A stretch of 64,000 nt of DNA from Blastocladiella emersonii ATCC 22665 (taxonomy: Eukaryota > Fungi > Blastocladiomycota). Numbering within the stretch: the stretch's first letter is position 1; every line of letters starts with the position of its first letter. The notes beneath the pieces are model-generated. The model was not told the origin of the DNA, did no database searches, and was given only the letters and a program-made list of their open reading frames with translations. Positions 23,634-35,920 of this stretch are shown in pieces. Position numbers and translations under genes: made by a program. The stretch is taken from contig JANHCV010000001.1 in the NCBI GenBank assembly GCA_025594325.1, positions 434,001-498,000 of the forward strand, read 5' to 3'.

Positions 23634-24677
23634 TCACGCGCGGAAGTACTGCAGCATGCCGGCCGACTGCGTGGGCGAGGTGCTCGCGTGCGGCGGCGGG
23701 GGCGGGAGCATCCCTGCGACGATCGACGGCGGCGCGGGCGGTGGCGGGAGCATCCCCTCGGGCACCTCCTCGATCGTCGCGCCCGGCGGCAGTTGGTGAT
23801 GCGGGTGCACGTCCTTGTAGCTCGGCGCGTTCTTATACGCCATGGTCGCCTGCGTGACCGCCGACAACGAGGTCAGGAGCGCGCCGCCGACCTTCTGGTG
23901 GACCTGGTACTGGCGGTCGACGTCGATGGCCTTGGTGACGGACGCCTTGCCGAGGGCGACCAGCTTGTCGCGCAGCTTGTACGTCGACTCGAGCGTCTGC
24001 AGCGACTTGATCCCCGCCGACAGCGCGCCGGTCACCGCGTCCGGGATCGGGGACTGCTTGAGCGCCACGGCGCCAGCGACCGCCGCCGTGATGATCGTGT
24101 CCGAGAGTGTCGGCGGCGGGTGCACGTACGCCGCGGGCGCGTAGTGCGGGGGCGGCACGGCGGCGTAGTGCGGGTGAGGCGGGTAGACGGGGGCGCCGGT
24201 CGACGAGTAGTAGAGCGGGGCGACGGGCGGCGGCGCGGCCTGGGCATGAGCCGGTGCGCCGGGGCCGAGCACGACGACGGGGTAGCCCGGCGGGATCGGC
24301 TCGCCGTTCGGCCCGACGTAGGCGGGCACTCCCGAAAACGGCGCGGCCGACGTCGCGGGCTGCGCGCCGCCGCCGGGGTAGGCAGCGACGGGGACGCCGT
24401 CGGGCGTGAAGACCGGGTACTGTCCCGAGACGCGGGCGATCTTGTCGACGACCTGGAGCAGCTTGGCCTGGACGTCGAGCCTGCGGTCCGTGTCGAGGTC
24501 GTGGACGGGCAGCGAGAAGAGCAGTGAGTCGAGCCCGGCAAAGAACAGGTCGAGCGACGTGGTGCGGTTGCCGCGCGCGTCCTCGTCGGCGGCGCGACGG
24601 AGCAGGTACATGCCCGAGTCGATGGCGGCGCGGTTCATGATGGGCGCGTCGGGCTGGGTTGCGGTTGTGGTTGGCAT
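23634..24677 (-). CDS. Conserved hypothetical protein: MIT-like N-terminal helices and Pro/Tyr-rich middle
   Basis: Likely start MPTTTATQ at 24677. AIDSGMYLLRRAADEDARGNRTTSLDLFFAGL resembles MIT helices. GC3-biased codons. Confidence 0.6.
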   Translation of the reverse strand: MPTTTATQPDAPIMNRAAIDSGMYLLRRAADEDARGNRTTSLDLFFAGLDSLLFSLPVHDLDTDRRLDVQAKLLQVVDKIARVSGQYPVFTPDGVPVAAYPGGGAQPATSAAPFSGVPAYVGPNGEPIPPGYPVVVLGPGAPAHAQAAPPPVAPLYYSSTGAPVYPPHPHYAAVPPPHYAPAAYVHPPPTLSDTIITAAVAGAVALKQSPIPDAVTGALSAGIKSLQTLESTYKLRDKLVALGKASVTKAIDVDRQYQVHQKVGGALLTSLSAVTQATMAYKNAPSYKDVHPHHQLPPGATIEEVPEGMLPPPPAPPSIVAGMLPPPPPHASTSPTQSAGMLQYFRA

Positions 24678-24997
24678 TTTAGTGCATGGGCTTACGTTTG
24701 GATGAGGGTGGGAGCGAGAGCGGTTAGGGGAGAGGGGAGAGCTTTCAAGGACCGACCGCTGGCTGCGGCGCGCCGGCGAGCGTGTGGCGTGCAGCTGTGA
24801 TGTCACGGCGGGCACATGAAAACTCGCACGGCCGTCTCGCAGCAGCCCGCACGTGCGGAACGCGTCGGTGCGTCGCGGGTCGCGTCGCGCCTCACCGCGC
24901 CCGCGAGACGAGTCGCCGCCGGCTCCATCCGTCCACCGAGCACGGCTGACGATAGCTGAGTTGCTGCAGCGGCCTGCAACTGGGCGGAACCCCGAGA

Positions 24998-27900
24998 ATG
25001 GCCGACGCAAAGTTCTTCACCAAGGGCACGTCGCTACTCCGAATGGATGCGGGATGCACCTCGCTAACCACCGCAAAAAACAGGCAAGGCCTCGGAGCTC
25101 GAGGCCGAGTTCAAGGCCATCGACAAGACGGGCAAGCACGCCAAGAAAAAGGACGTGCTGAAGCGCGTCATCGCGGGCATGACCATGGGCACCGACATGT
25201 CGTCGCTGTGCCACCACGTCATCCTCTGTGCCTCGCTGCCGGGCGTCGACGTCAAGAAGATGATCTACCTGTACATTGTGCAGTACGCCAAGTCGCTGCC
25301 CGACCTCGCCACGCTCGCCGTCAACCTGCTGTTCAAGGACACGCGCGACGCGAACCCGCTGACGCGCGCCCAGGCCCTGCGCACCATGGGATACATCTGC
25401 ACCCCGGAGATGACCGAGTCGCTCGTCTCGGCGCTCGGCGCCGCCCTCAAGGACGACGACGCGTTTGTCCGCAAGACGGCCGTCATGTGCATCAACAAGC
25501 TCTACGTGCACGACGCGTCCCTGTGCGAGCGCGAGGGCCTGCTCGACGCGCTGCGCGACATGGTGCTGGACCCGAACGGCGCCGTCATGGCGTGCGCGCT
25601 CGCCGTCATGCGCGAGATCGGCGAGTCGCACCCGGCTGTCAACCTGCACATTGACGTCAACCACGCCAGCAAGCTGCTCACCGCCATCAACGAGTGCAGC
25701 GAGTGGTACCAGGTCTACATCCTCGAGGCCCTCATGTTCGTCGTCCCGCAGTCGCCCGAGGACGCGATCCTGCTCGCCGAGCGGCTCGCCGCGCGCCTCC
25801 AGCACGCCAACGCCGCCGTGTCGCTGACCGTGATCCGCGTCCTCCTGCACCTCCTCACCTTCCTCCCCGCGGGCGTCCCGCAGTACGCCGACTTCACGCG
25901 CGCCATGGTCGCGAAACTCGCGCCGCCGCTCGTGACGCTCATGTCGCGCGGGCCCGAGATTCAGTTCACGGCGCTGCGCAACATCATCCTGATCGTCGAG
26001 GCGCACCCGGCGCTGCTGCAGGCCGAGATCGCCGTCTTCTTCTGCAAGTACAACGACCCGATCTACGTCAAGCTGGCCAAGCTCGAGGTCCTGATCCGCA
26101 TCGTCAACGAGAAAAACTGCCCGCAGGTCCTCGCCGAGCTCAAGGAGTACGCGTCCGAGGTCGACGTCGACTTTGTCCGCCGCGCCGTCAAGTACATTGG
26201 CCGGTGCGCGATCCTGCACGAGCCCATGGCCGACGCGTGCATCGCCGCGCTCCAGGACCTGATCGCCACCAAGGTCTCGTACGTCCTGCAGGAGGCCGTG
26301 GTCGTCATCCGCGACGTGTTCCGCCGGTACCCGAACCGCTACGAGGGCCTGCTCGGCGCCCTCACCGAGCAGCTCGACGCCATCGACGAGCCCGACGCGA
26401 AAGCCGCGTATATCTGGATCCTCGGCCACTACGCGGCGCGCATCGACGGCGCGTGCGACGCGCTCCAGCTCTTCACGAAAGACCTGCTGCTGGACCCGCC
26501 CAACGTACAGCTCGCGCTGCTCGGGGCGGTCGCGAAAGCCCTCGTCCACCGCGTCCCCGGCTCGCCCGCCCTGTTCCGCGCCGTGTCCGACCACCTCATC
26601 GCGCACGTCGACCACCCGGACGTCCGCGACCGCGCCGTGATGCTGCAGCGCGCCATGGCCCAGGGCGAGGCCGTTGCCCGCGCGCTCCTGACGGCCGACC
26701 GGCCCGCCGTGTCGCTCAAATCCGACGCGATCCCGCCCCACCTCCTCGCCGAACTCATGCTCCACCTCGGCGCGCTCGCGTCGATCCTGCACCGCCCGCC
26801 CGCCGCGTTTCTGGGCAGTGCCGCGCCGAAAAAGGGCCAGCCGCCCGGGCCCAACGGCGGGATGACCGCGTCGGCTTCCGCGGGTGCAACGTCGGACCAG
26901 CCCCGTGCCCTCGCGCCGCGGTACGACGAGGCCAGCGACGTGATCAACGCGTCGACGCACCGCGTGCTCAACCTGCTCGACATGGACGGCGGCGGTGCGG
27001 GTGCCGAGTCGGGGGTCGCTGAGAACTCGGGCGGCGGGTTCTTCAACGCGCTCATGGGCGGCGGCGGGCGGTCGTCCCCGACCCCGAGCAGCAACCCGTT
27101 CGCGTCGCCCACCTCGGGGGCCGCGGCCGCGGCCGACCGCCGCGAGAGTCTCGGCGCCACGGGCCTGCTGAGCTCGAGTCCGAGCCAGACTTCGGGGATG
27201 CAGCACCAGCAGCACTCGCCCGCGTACGGCGCCGGGCTCATCTCGCCGTCGGCGTCGTCGTACCAGATGACGGGCGGTATGCAGCCGGCGAGCGGCGCGG
27301 TGTCGGCGTCCCCGTCGTACGGCCAGAACCTGTCGCTGCTCGGGTCCGGTACGGGCGTTCCGCACTCGGGCACGTCGTCGAGTCTCCGCGGGATCGCGCC
27401 GTCGCAGGATCTGGGCAGTCCGTCCATGTTCCACGGGGTTCAGGTGCCGTCGACGGGCGCGCCGATCCCGTGGGCGCCGCACCAGCAGCAGCAGCAGCAG
27501 CAGCACGGGTTCGGCATGGGCGTGGGCGGGACCACGTCCGTGTCGGCGACGGCGAGCGCGGGACCGAGTTTGGCGCAGGGGTCGCCGTACCGCGCGCCGG
27601 GCATGGTGCTCCCCCAGCAGCAGGCGCCGCGCCCCGGCGGGTCGCCCGCGGCGATGCCCGACCTCCTCGGCAGCGGCGACGCGAGCCCCGCGTCCGCGCC
27701 GCTCTCGGGCCGCGTGTCGCCGGGCCTCACGTCGCTCGCGACGACGTCGGTGCCGGGCCTGACGAGCGACCTCGCGGGCCTCGCGCTGGCGTCGCCGCTG
27801 CCCGCCGAGCCGCAGGAGGTGTGGCTCAACGAGACCAACGGCAAGGGGTTCGAGATCGCGGGCGCCGTGGTGCGCGACCCGATGGCCGCGTCCAACCCCA

Positions 27901-28559
27901 CGGCGAGCGGGCTCGCCCTGTCGCTCAAGCTCACCAACAAGACGATGAGCGTGCTCGACCACTTTGCCATCAAGCTCAACGGCAACGTGTTCGGGTTCCA
28001 GGCGGGCGCGATGCCCGTGCAGTCCCTCGCGCGCAGCGCGTCGGCCACCGTGACCGTGCCGCTGCTTCGGAGTGGCACCGCGCCGCCCAACCTCGCGGCG
28101 CTGTCGGACGAGATCCGCGGCGTGCCCCTGCACATCCAGGCGGCGATGCGGACCTCGGCGCAGATCCACTACTTCCTGGTCCCCGTCCCGCTGCACCTCG
28201 TGCTCGTCCCCGGCGCCGTGCGCGGGAGCTTCTCGGACTTCATGGTCAGCGGGTGGTTCGACCGCGGCGCGTCCACCCCGCAGACGGTGGCCAAGGCCTC
28301 GACGGCGATGCCGGGCACCGTGTACAACAAGCTGTGCGCGTGCGGCATGGAGGTGGTGGCCGTGCGCACCGCGGCGGATGGGAGCACCCGGACGGTCTTG
28401 GTCGCGGGCAAGCTCATGGCGAATGATCTGGGCGTCGCCGTCGAGCTCACGTCCCCGGTCGTCGGCGGCGGCGGGTTCTACTTCCGCGTCGCGGCGCAGG
28501 ACCCGACCCTGGTCCCGCCCGTCGTCGAGTACGTCGGCAAGCTGGTCATGTCGCTCTGA
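24998..28559 (+). CDS. AP-1/AP-2 complex beta adaptin; join(24998..25025,25084..28559) with a GC-AG intron
   Basis: Spliced N-terminus MADAKFFTKGKASELEAEF...KRVIAGMTMG, KKMIYLY, DPIYVKLAKLE, ELKEYASEVDVDFVRRAV, hinge and ear domain. Confidence 0.9.
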
Positions 28560-28780
28560 ATTTCATTTGAACCGAGACTTGATGTTATACATTTGATTTG
28601 CGTGGCATCGGGATGGACGAGATGCCGACGGCGCGCATGCAGCCGCGCGACCAGCGAGGCGACTTCACTTCGCGCTCGACTACTTCTCCGCGCAACTCTC
28701 ACCTCCCCGCTTGCATCGGGCCGATACACGAACCCCCACTCGCTGCAACCCGCTCGCATCGGGCCTGGAAAGAAGACAAG

Positions 28781-30872
28781 ATGAGCGGAATGACGCGCCG
28801 ATCGCGCGTGTCGTACTTTTACGACTGTGCGTGCGGCTCTCGCCTCTCTCGCCGAGGGCTTAGGCGGCTGCTGACGATGACAAGAACTGTGTAGCCAACA
28901 TCTCGTGCTTTCACTTTGCCGAGAGTGCGTCCTCCTGACCGCGTTGTCAAGGCGACGACGGCTGACCAGCGCTGCGTGTGTAGACCACCCCATGAAGCCG
29001 TTCCGCATCCGCATGACCGACTCGCTCGTCATGAACTACGGGCTGTACAAGCACATGAACGTCAACGTACGCACCATCTCACTGCGGGAGTGGGAACGCC
29101 GCGCTCACCGCCACGCCCTGTGTAGCGCCCCGACCCTGCCACGTTCGAGGAGATGACGCGGTTCCACACGGACGACTACATCCGGTTCCTGCAGCGCGTG
29201 TCGCCCGAGCTGTACGCGCAGGGCCAGGCGCGGCTCCAGGACCGCGACTGTGCGTTTCTTCCCGCTTCTCTGACGACCCCGCCAAGTCTAACGTCCGCCG
29301 CGCGTAGTCAACTTTGGCGACGACTGCCCGCCGTTCGAGGGCATCTTCGACTTCAGCACGCTGTCGGCGGGCGGGTCGATCCAGGGCGCGCAGCTGCTCG
29401 CGTCGGGCGAGTCGGATATCGCCATCAACTGGGGCGGCGGCCTGCACCACGCCAAGAAGACCGAGGCGTCGGGCTTTTGTTACGTCAACGATATCGTGCT
29501 CGCGATTCTCGAGCTGCTCAAGTACGTTCACCCCGCGGGCGTGGGAGGGGTTGGGCTGACGCGACTGTTTGTGTAGGACCCAGGAACGCGTGCTGTACGT
29601 GGACGTCGACGTGCACCACGGCGACGGCGTCGAGGAGGCGTTTTACACGACGGACCGCGTCATGACCGTCTCGTTCCACTTGTTTGGCAACGGCTTCTTT
29701 CCCGGCACGGGGCACGTCTTTGTACGCCCCTCTTCCCTCATACCCGCCCCCGCGTATCGCTAACACTCTCCCCGCCCTCCAGGATGTCGGAGTCGGCAAG
29801 GGCAAGTACTACGCGGCGAACGTGCCGCTGCTGTACGGCATCGACGACGAGGCGTACCACCAAGTCTTCCAGCCCGTCATGGCGCGCGTCATGGAGTGGT
29901 ACCGGCCGAGCGTCGTGGTCCTCCAACTCGGCGCCGACTCGCTCGCGGGCGACCGCCTCGGCATGTTCAACCTGTCGATGCGCGGCCACGGGCGGTGCGT
30001 CGAGTACATGAAGAAGTTCAACGTGCCGATCCTCATGCTCGGCGGCGGCGGGTACACGATCCGCAACGTCGCCCGCGCGTGGACCTACGAGACGGCGCGC
30101 GCCGTCGGCGTGGATTTACCCTCGGCGCTTCCGCACAACGAGTTCCTCGAGTATTTCGGGCCAGAGTACCAGCTCGACGTGCCCGCGAGCAACATCACCA
30201 ACACCAACACCCGCGAGCACATCCAGGGGCTCGTCGCCACCATCACCGAGAACCTGCGCAACCTGCCGTTCGCGCCGAGTGTGCAGCTCCAGGACGTGCC
30301 CGTCCCGTTCGATCTCGGCGAGGGCGACGCCGAGGACGAGGAGGACGGGGATGGCCGCGGCGACCCCATGGACGAGGACGGCCGGCTCGACGATTCCGAC
30401 GACCGCATCCTCGACCTCGTCGACCGCCGCACCGCCGTCGACATCTGGCGGAGGCACGCGCGCCGCCGCCGCCACCGCGAGGCGGACCCGGACGTCCGCA
30501 AGTCGCGTACGTTTTTGCGGTTTCGCTGGCATCGACGTGGTTCTGACTTCCCCGTTCGTGTGGGTAGAGGCCGACAAGGACAAGCGCATCGCGCGCGACG
30601 ACGAGTACTCGGACTCGGACGACGACGGCGACGAGTTCACGTCGGGGACTCGCCCGCGCGCCGACCGCCGCCGTGACGAGCAGGACTACCGCGACGCGCG
30701 CAACGGGGCTGCCGGGAAGGTGTACACGTCCGACCTCGCCGCACCGCTCGCCGCCGCGGCTGCGCCAACACAAGCGTCCGCAGATCTCGCAGCACCGGCC
30801 ACGGCGGCCGCCGCGAAGAAGAAGCGGCCACGCGAGGACGAGGACGAGTCGTCGCCGGCTGCGATGCAGTAA
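28781..30872 (+). CDS. RPD3: Class I histone deacetylase, RPD3/Clr6-like, multi-exon
   Basis: [67 protein letters not shown]-terminal DKRIA.DDEYSDS. Confidence 0.9.
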
Positions 30873-31002
30873 TTGCGGCGGTGGTGGGGTAGCTGAAAGA
30901 GAGAAAGAATATAGCGAAGTTGATTGGATGGATGGATGACTAAACGATGTAATAAATAGGAAGACTCGGTGGGGAGGGAGGGAGAGACCAGCGGCGGCTC
31001 GA

Positions 31003-31572
31003 TTAGTTTGGCGCCGGCGCAATGGGTTTCGCCTTGACCTGCGTGTAGTCGATGGTCTCCTCTACACACACGGAGCGCGGGTTGGGTTCGGATTCGAGTG
31101 ATGGGGGGGGGGGTGAGGGGGAGAGCGTACCCTTGGCCTCGTCGATTCCGCCGACCAGCACACTATACACCGCGGACGGCGACGAGTCAGTTGGTCGGTG
31201 CCGCGAGACGCGCAGCAAAACAACGCACATCTGGTCCCCACGCATCAGAAACGTCCCCCTTGGCACGCGCACCATGCCCGCGTCCTCGCTGTACACGCGC
31301 TCCTCGCACTTTTCCAGGATCAGGTTGTTGAGCTGGTCGAACCCGCGGAGCTTGCCCTACACGTGGCGAGCGGTTATGTCGGGTCCTCAACAAGCCTCGG
31401 TGGAGAGCAAGCGTCGGCGTACCACCAGGACCTTGCCGTCGCGCGTAATCACCTGGACGAGGTCTAGACCACACGCGTCACCCGGGCACAGCGTCAGACA
31501 TTCGGAAACGCGGCAGGATAAATCGCAAGGTCGACAGGAAATACCGTTGAGGTAATCTTGCAGCGAGTCCAT
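31003..31572 (-). CDS. LSM8: Sm-like protein LSm8, multi-exon
   Basis: MDSLQDYLN..V.VITRDGKVL, GKLRGFDQLNNLIL....ERVYS, RGD..VLVG.ID. Confidence 0.85.
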
Positions 31573-31885
31573 GGTGTCCAAATCGCGTGGGGGCGGCGAG
31601 GAGCGGTGGTGAGCGGGAGCGGGGCGCGCGCACGAAGGGGAAGAGGAGGAAGCGAGGCGAAGCAGGGCAGCGTCAGGTGACTCACACGCGCGATAGCCAA
31701 CGCGTCTCGCGCAGCGAAGGACGTGACCACGGTGGGGCTCGGTTGAGGTTGGGCGAGATGGCGCTGAGTGGTAGCCTTCATCTGGGGACAATTGTTTGAC
31801 GAGCAAGATGAGAATTTTTGGCAGCTATTTGGGGACATGTGTGTGCGAGGATAGAATAGAAACATGGGTGTTCGTCGGACGCGCT

Positions 31886-33273
31886 TCAGAAGCCGAGAAG
31901 AATCGCTGCGACCGCCGTTAAGAGGGCGACGTGCGAGACCGCGCGCGTCGCGGCGGAGCTGCTCGTCTGGATCGACACGCCAGCCGTGGGCATCGCCGCC
32001 GCCGCACTCGAAGGCCCGACCGAGGTACTAGCCGTAGGCACCACCGTCATCGTCGCGTTAGCTTGCGCGCGAGCCGTCGCAGCAGTACTGTTCCCCGCGA
32101 GCGGGCCAGTCGCGAGGCGGCGGTGGAGGAACGGGCTCTCGCCGTCGGCGCGGTACGCAGGCACCCCCAAACACTCGGACATGGTCACGGCCCTGAGGTT
32201 CTGGTGCTTGAGGAACGCGACGATTGCGGGAACCGCCTTGGTCGAGTACTGGAACGTGTCGTGCTGCAGGACGAGGAACGACGAGTCGCGGACACGCGCG
32301 GCGTGGTACGCGCTCGTGATCGAGGCCACGAGCTTGTCGACGTCGGCCTCGACCTGCCAGCGCCAATCGTCAGAATCGATGTTGACCCCGGCCACCGTGT
32401 ACCCCATGGTCTCGAGCATCGCCAGGGAGTCCGGCGCCCACTCGAGGTACGGGAGGCGGATGTACGTCGGCCTACGGCCGATCACCGACTGGATCGCCAG
32501 GTCCGTGAACACGGTCTCGGTGCGCACCATGATGTTGTCCATGGTCTTCGACTTGTCCGTCGGCGGATCCACGCGGCCGCCGGCGCCGTAGCTGCGGTGG
32601 CTGAAGCCGTGGATGCCGATCTCATGGCCAGCTACCATCGACTAGGATCGTTAGTTGGAAGTTGGAAGCGTGCAGTGAGAAATGCTACGCACAGTCGACG
32701 ACTGACTTCATAGCCGCGTGGAGGCCCGGGTTGTTGACGATGGTGGCGCCGACCATGAAGAACGTGGCCTTGATCCCGAGCCCGTTGAGCGTCTTGACGA
32801 GCTCTTCCGTGTACTACGCCAATGATCACGTCAGTCGCGGTGTCCACAAGTCATGAAACAGTACGGTGCCCTTCACGAGACCCATCACCGCAAGCGACCG
32901 CACTCTTGGTCAAACACCGCAACCAATAACGTACCGGCGAAACCCCGTCATCAAACGTGAGCGCAATCGTGCCCTCCTTGACGCACCTGTTGATGGGCGC
33001 CAGCATCGTGCACCGGCCGCAGTCCGCGGCGCAGTTCCCACACGACTCGCCCTCGGCCACGTTGCAGATCCCGTCGCCGCAGACGCGCGCGGTGCCGAGC
33101 ACCTTGGTCTCCTGCTCGATCCACGACTTGAGCAGGTCGGCGGGCGGGTCCGGGCACGCGGCCTTGATGCACCACTCGGACTTGGGCGGGAACCGCGCCT
33201 CGACCGTGACGGACGCGAGTAACACAAGGGCGAACAGGCTGGCGAGGGCAACCAGGGTCGTCGTCGACGGCAT
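31886..33273 (-). CDS. Secreted/GPI-anchored chitin (NodB, CE4) deacetylase with Cys-rich N-terminal module, multi-exon
   Basis: Signal peptide, CGDGIC..ESC..C..DCG, TFDDG, KATFF, HEIGIHGFSH, RLPY, LQHD, Ser/Thr/Ala tail and hydrophobic C-terminus. Confidence 0.88.
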
Positions 33274-33761
33274 GCGCCGGGTCTGGGCTCGAGAATCGAT
33301 GGGTGACATGATGAATTTGATGCGTGGGACGGCGGGGAGAGACAGCGCTGCGCCCAGGGAATCTGGAATGTCAGGACAGTCAATCTGATCGCACCGCAAG
33401 CGCCAGGGCTTTTACTCGCGTGCTCTGGTTCGGGCCGCGATCTGATTACGCGGAAGTCGCGGAACCGAAGGGCCAGGTTCCGAAGGGAAAGCGCGCACAA
33501 GGTGAACGGAGGGCTGATGAAGCCCATGCGTGCAACTTTTTTTGTGGAGCTGAGGTTTGCGGGAGAGTAATCAGCGTGATGCACGGGTCAGCTGATTCGC
33601 ACGCTTACCTGACCAACGCGCTATCAAGCCTCATCCCACGCGAGCTAGAAGCAGGGCTGCTACCACCCCTACTCGAAGCACGCTCACGGGTCGCCGCAGA
33701 AGAATAAAACCCGGGTATTTATTGTCAAACACGATGGGGAATTTGTAAAGAGCGCGTGAGA

Positions 33762-35453
33762 CTAGCGAGAAGCGTGCCAGGGCCCGCCGATCACTACGAC
33801 GCGGAGGTAGAGGATGGCTAAGGAAGCGAGAAACGTGGCCGCTCCGCCAAAGATAATGAGGCCACTGTACCCGCCTGCAGGAACTGCCGATGTCGCGGCG
33901 TCCACCGAAGGATCGACCAGCAGTGCTGCGAGGGGAGCGCCTGAGAGCTTGCCCACGGATAGCGCCGAATACACGAGCCCAAGAGTTGCAGCGAGGTTCT
34001 GTACGCCGCACACTTGCGCCGTGACGCTTGGCATAATGCTCATAAAGCCGCCAGCCGCGAGGCCGAAAAAGATAGAGAAAAACGTGAGCATTCTTGGAGT
34101 TGCGGACCACATCCAGATTCCAAGGAAGGCAGCAGATTCGGCAAGTGCCGTGACCAATAGCGAGTTGACGTTGCCGAAGCGGTCCGCCAGGGCACCTCCA
34201 GCGATGCGTCCAACAATGGACGTGCCGTTGATGAGGTCGAGCAAGGAAGGACCCCATGAATGATCAAGGCCGAGGTACTGGACGTACGCTACGAGATGCG
34301 GAAGCGTGAGTGCGGAAGCGGTGGAGAGTGTCGCGAGGGAAACGTACATGGTACAAAGTAGAAGGGAAGGAGGTAGGCGAACTGGTTGACAAAGACGCCG
34401 ACGAGTAGAGGAACAAACTGCGGGTTCGCAAACTGCGAGAAGTCGACGAACGAGCGCATCACTTCGGAAGGATGGCGGCGGCGGTGCGGGACGCGCGTCT
34501 CGAGTAGGGCGACGGCGAGCGAGAGAAGCATGAACGCGGAAGCACCCGTGACTAGAAGCGTCCACTTGAGCCCGAACGAAGTCAGCATCGTATCGGTGGC
34601 AGGAACAATCCCAAGTGCGCCAAAGCCAGCGCCGGATACCGCTAAACCAATGGCGAGCGATCGACGTTTGCTCCACCACTGCGACGGGATGGAAACCGCG
34701 GGATAAAACGCAAGACTGCTTCCAATTCCGACCAGAGCGCCCTGGGTGAGCATGAACTGCCACAGCTCGGTGCTGAAGGCAGCAAGAACAAGACCAGTTG
34801 CCAAGATCACGGAGCCGACGAACATGGTCTGGCGGTAGCCATAAGCCTCGGCAATCCTCCCGCTGAAGACCCCGAACGCGGATATGCAAGTGGTGCTAAT
34901 CTAGACGCGCGCATTGACGTTGGCGATCCTTGTCAGTAGTCAAAGCGCAAGCGGAGAAGCAGGGAAATCGCCATACCGTGCCGATGAGGATCACCTCTGC
35001 TGACGTTGCGCGGCCCTTGAAGACGTCGTTGAGAAAGAAAGGGACGTATGCTCCGAACGAGTACTGAAGACCTGATCGATGAGACATGGGTCAGGGCCGT
35101 GGAGGGCGCTGTACGCGTGGAAAGCGATCAACGATGCGTAAGAAAAAGGTGGGAGCGTACCGTCGACTACGACGTGAGCGAGAAACGACGACGCTACGAC
35201 GAGCCAGGCCCAAAATCCGCCGTCAGGAGCCGCGTCGACGTACGGCCCGAAAACGGTGATCGACGCCTCTACGCGCGCTCAACGCCTGGGTTAACGGCTC
35301 GCGTCCCACACGACGAGATCAGTGATGCATCAGCACACCTTCGTCCTCGATGACAACCGCGTCGGGTGTGTTGAGCTCGTGCAGCAGGAGGAGCTCGTTG
35401 TCGAGCTTCGGCGACTTGATCGCGCCAGCAATGGGGTCATGCCGAGCTGACAT
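33762..35453 (-). CDS. MFS monocarboxylate transporter (MCT/Mch family), copy A, multi-exon
   Basis: PDGGFWAWLVV, SQWWSKRRSLAIGLAVSGAGFG, GRIAGGALADRFG. Confidence 0.85.
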
Positions 35454-35920
35454 GTATCCGTCGCTTCGAGATGCATCAGTCATCGTTCGTCGTTCTGGTG
35501 CTGACAAGAAATTGCTGGTCGGCTCCGTTGGAGAGCGTAACCCGCCGATGCAGTTCAGGGGCGCCACCAACCCAGGACCATCGTGAGGGGCCTTTGCTGC
35601 TCTGCACTGTTCGAACACGTTGGCGTGCCACCGCACACAGATCCAACTATGGAAGGTGGACCTCCCTTTCCGCTAAAACGGTGACCTTCGCCCGCTCAAT
35701 TTCGCTCGGCGCGCTTCCCTCGTGGCCAACCGAGGCGCTCGCATGAACTTCAAGTCCTGCAGCTCACGTGAATCTCACATGATATCGGAACGCGTGACGT
35801 ATCGGGTCAAAGATTACTGAATCAGCTGCTTTGAAAGCGCACATCGACCGTGGAGACGATGGCCTACGCGACGATCAGCGGGACAACGATGGTGGTGGTG
35901 CTTGCGGAAACGTCTTGCGA

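Noticed and set aside
25017-28196. 1059-aa antisense ORF (and similar long antisense ORFs at 47755..49842, 21528..23630 and 40463..42175)
   Set aside because: Shadow ORFs caused by high GC3 in the real gene on the opposite strand; Arg/Gly/Ala-rich with no motifs.
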